From: a virus
DNA: 64,000 bases
IMG/VR virus record: IMGVR_UViG_3300045988_137040
Reading direction: 5' to 3' (one strand)
This document shows positions 62,345 through 64,000 of the stretch, piece by piece. The notes under the pieces were generated by a model. It searched no databases, was not told the DNA's origin, and worked only from the letters and a program-made list of their open reading frames with translations. The position numbers and the translations under genes are program-made. How positions within the stretch are numbered: the first letter of the stretch is position 1; the number at the start of each line of letters is the position of its first letter.

Positions 62345-62406
62345 GGGCGCCGCTTCGCAGCTTGAAATTAAACGTAAAATTATCCGTAAAATTAAACTTA
62401 AAATTA
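62345..62406. repeat. solo arm of the long palindromic repeat family
   Basis: GGGCGCCGCTTCGCAGCTTGAAATTAAACGTAAAATTATCCGTAAAATTAAACTTAAAATTA matches one arm of copies 1-3. No partner arm is present. Confidence 0.8.
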
Positions 62407-62493
62407 TTCAACCAACCAAGGCTTGCTGAGAGATAGGGTAGTGGGCGCCCAAAGGAAAGGAATTGATGCGACCAGTATCAATTCCACGTCTCT

Positions 62494-63411
62494 CTATGTT
62501 CCCATGCACACCGTGCGTTTTGCGGTTGTGCGACCGCATAGCTTTGCGGTTATCGTCTCACGCACGAGTTTAGCGCGTGATTCCCAATCCGCGATATTCT
62601 CGTTGTCATTGAGACAGACGACGCCAGCCATCGGGTCGTTGATGAGCGCAGGGAGGTCGGCGGTGGGCGTGTCCTCGTCGGCGTACTGCATACGCGGGGA
62701 ATGGTCGATGTCAAGACCCGCGAAGTGCTGATAGAGCAAGTAGATGTACTGGTTGAACGAATGCTCGGTGCGAACGAGAGGACTCATCCACCGCTCTATC
62801 TCCTCGCCATGCCGTTGCCAAACCGCCTCGCAAGCAGAGCGGAGGATGGGCGCATAGGAATGGCCCGTCGTCAGCCAGGTGCGCACATAGTGTCTACCAA
62901 AAGGTCTGCCAATCATGTTCTGCTGATTCAGACATTTTCGATGAAAGATATTCGGCACATCGGGAAAGAGTTTTTCTTTGAAGTGGACACACGGACGACC
63001 GTCAAGAAAGAAGTCGGACGGCTGTAAAGGTGAGAGCGGGAACATATCGTCGTTGGCATAGACAAACCTTTCCGACAGCCCCGGTATGCGGCCTAAGAAC
63101 ATCTCAATGCAGGGCGAGGAAAAGCAAGGAAGATACTTCTCCGGAATGAAGTCACGATGAAAGACGATATGCACCTTATCGTAGCGTGACATCCACGGCT
63201 GCACCTGACTCTCACGGGCGAGAAGGATATGGATGGTACGGAGCCATGGCATATACTTCATGCAACAACGAACCAACAACTCTTCCGTCCCCCATGAACG
63301 GAAGCGGACGTTGGCACAAGCGTCATCGCCGTGGTAACGGCGATAATCGCTGAGCCAGTCCGCATCCTGGGGAAACACCATCGGAACTACTAAATCAATA
63401 TTTTTCTCCAT
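62494..63411 (-). CDS. Stealth-family-like (CR1-CR3) sugar-phosphotransferase
   Basis: IDLVVPMVFPQDADW (CR1-like), WGTEELLVRCCMKYMPWLRTIHILLARESQVQPWM and LPCFSSPCIEMFLGRIPGLSERFVYANDDMF (CR2-like). Confidence 0.5.
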   Translation of the reverse strand: MEKNIDLVVPMVFPQDADWLSDYRRYHGDDACANVRFRSWGTEELLVRCCMKYMPWLRTIHILLARESQVQPWMSRYDKVHIVFHRDFIPEKYLPCFSSPCIEMFLGRIPGLSERFVYANDDMFPLSPLQPSDFFLDGRPCVHFKEKLFPDVPNIFHRKCLNQQNMIGRPFGRHYVRTWLTTGHSYAPILRSACEAVWQRHGEEIERWMSPLVRTEHSFNQYIYLLYQHFAGLDIDHSPRMQYADEDTPTADLPALINDPMAGVVCLNDNENIADWESRAKLVRETITAKLCGRTTAKRTVCMGT

Positions 63412-64000
63412 ATCTTCCTACATTTTTCTTGCCCGTGTCATAACTATCTATTATTCCACCTTTGCCATAGACATTAAAGACACCCTTGATACCATTGCTG
63501 ACAGCTTTCTCCATAACCTCGCTGTTACGGTCAAGACTTGCTTGAATGGCCGCAAGCATATCGGTGAATGCAGGTTGTGCTGAGCCAGCAGAGCCTTGTG
63601 CGCTCGCGCCATCGGCAAATTCATCGAGGTTACCGTCGGCAAAGTTGCTCATGCCACCGCCACGCTGACGGGTAGCACGCACACGGCCTCCATTGTAAAG
63701 CGTTTGGATTGCCTGCCAAATGCCCGTATCGTTCATCTGCAACTTGCGGGTGGTATTGGCGTCGATAATCGCCTCACGGCCACGCTCACCGACAAGGTGG
63801 AACTCTGGGCCGTTGGTGAGGTGAGTAGTTGGGTTCGCACCCATATATCGCGCGCGATACGTTTTACCATCAGCGGCATCCACGTTGTATCGCTGCCCAG
63901 GGGTAAGCGACGACGGGTTCGTGAACTCATTGACGTTACCCTCGGCATAGGTCAGCATACCCGTGGAGAGACGACCGGCGGAAACGTTAGCACCAGTTGC
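63395..64000 (-). CDS. tail protein, C-terminal part (tape-measure-like); 5' end lies outside the window
   Basis: The frame is open to 64000. HLVGERGREAIID resembles the GE.GPE motif of tape-measure proteins. YAEGNVNEF and FADGNLDEF are repeats. Confidence 0.5.
   Translation of the reverse strand, partial: ATGANVSAGRLSTGMLTYAEGNVNEFTNPSSLTPGQRYNVDAADGKTYRARYMGANPTTHLTNGPEFHLVGERGREAIIDANTTRKLQMNDTGIWQAIQTLYNGGRVRATRQRGGGMSNFADGNLDEFADGASAQGSAGSAQPAFTDMLAAIQASLDRNSEVMEKAVSNGIKGVFNVYGKGGIIDSYDTGKKNVGRYGEKY

Overview
The window reads as one mobile replicon of Bacteroidota type, most likely a phage-plasmid. Evidence for the host type: four promoters fit (T/C)TTG-N20-TAnnTTTG, there are no Shine-Dalgarno sites, and the gene content includes fimbrillin-like, PcfJ/PcfK/PcfM-like, DUF4494 and DUF1599-like genes.

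Layout:
- 1-15.2 kb (+): early and DNA-metabolism genes. These include an SSB-like protein with a DDDLPF tip, DUF4494, DUF2786, a radical SAM protein, MazG-like, a divergent ThyX-like protein, GNAT, YopX, DUF2829/Tad2-like, LemA-like and DUF1566.
- 15.4-21.6 kb (+): head module, with an S49 protease-scaffold fusion and a major capsid protein carrying an InlB-B-repeat-like C-terminal domain.
- 21.6-47.5 kb (all minus strand): accessory block resembling a conjugative-element leading region or anti-defence island. It holds a beta-class DNA methyltransferase, a GxxExxY nuclease cassette, a fimbrillin-like lipoprotein, a 1667-aa methyltransferase-SNF2 helicase (DarB-like), a J-domain protein, and ArdC-, ArdA-, PcfJ-, PcfK- and PcfM-like genes.
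- 47.5-51.9 kb: regulatory region with an HU-like gene.
- 52.5-55.1 kb (-): terminase.
- 57.4-62.3 kb: ParA/RHH-like partition genes, an iteron origin, Rep and an AAA+ loader.
- 62.5-64 kb (-): a Stealth-like gene at the end of a tail operon.
- No integrase, rRNA, canonical tRNA or CRISPR array was seen.

Structure the gene calls do not explain:
1. Three ~180-bp palindromic repeats with GCGNAGC mini-hairpin boxes, each just upstream of a gene block in the ArdA/ArdC region. Related termini flank the GxxExxY gene.
2. A tandem array of four translationally coupled mini-ORFs that resemble C5-methyltransferase target-recognition segments.
3. Two or three tRNA-like acceptor/T-arm minihelices in intergenic positions.
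4. Two covarying structured terminator elements.
5. A TGCGGTT-type motif in seven clusters centred on parA.
6. A 12-mer (TTTTTGAAAGTT) abutting several start codons.

All family assignments come from motifs read by eye. None were checked by search.
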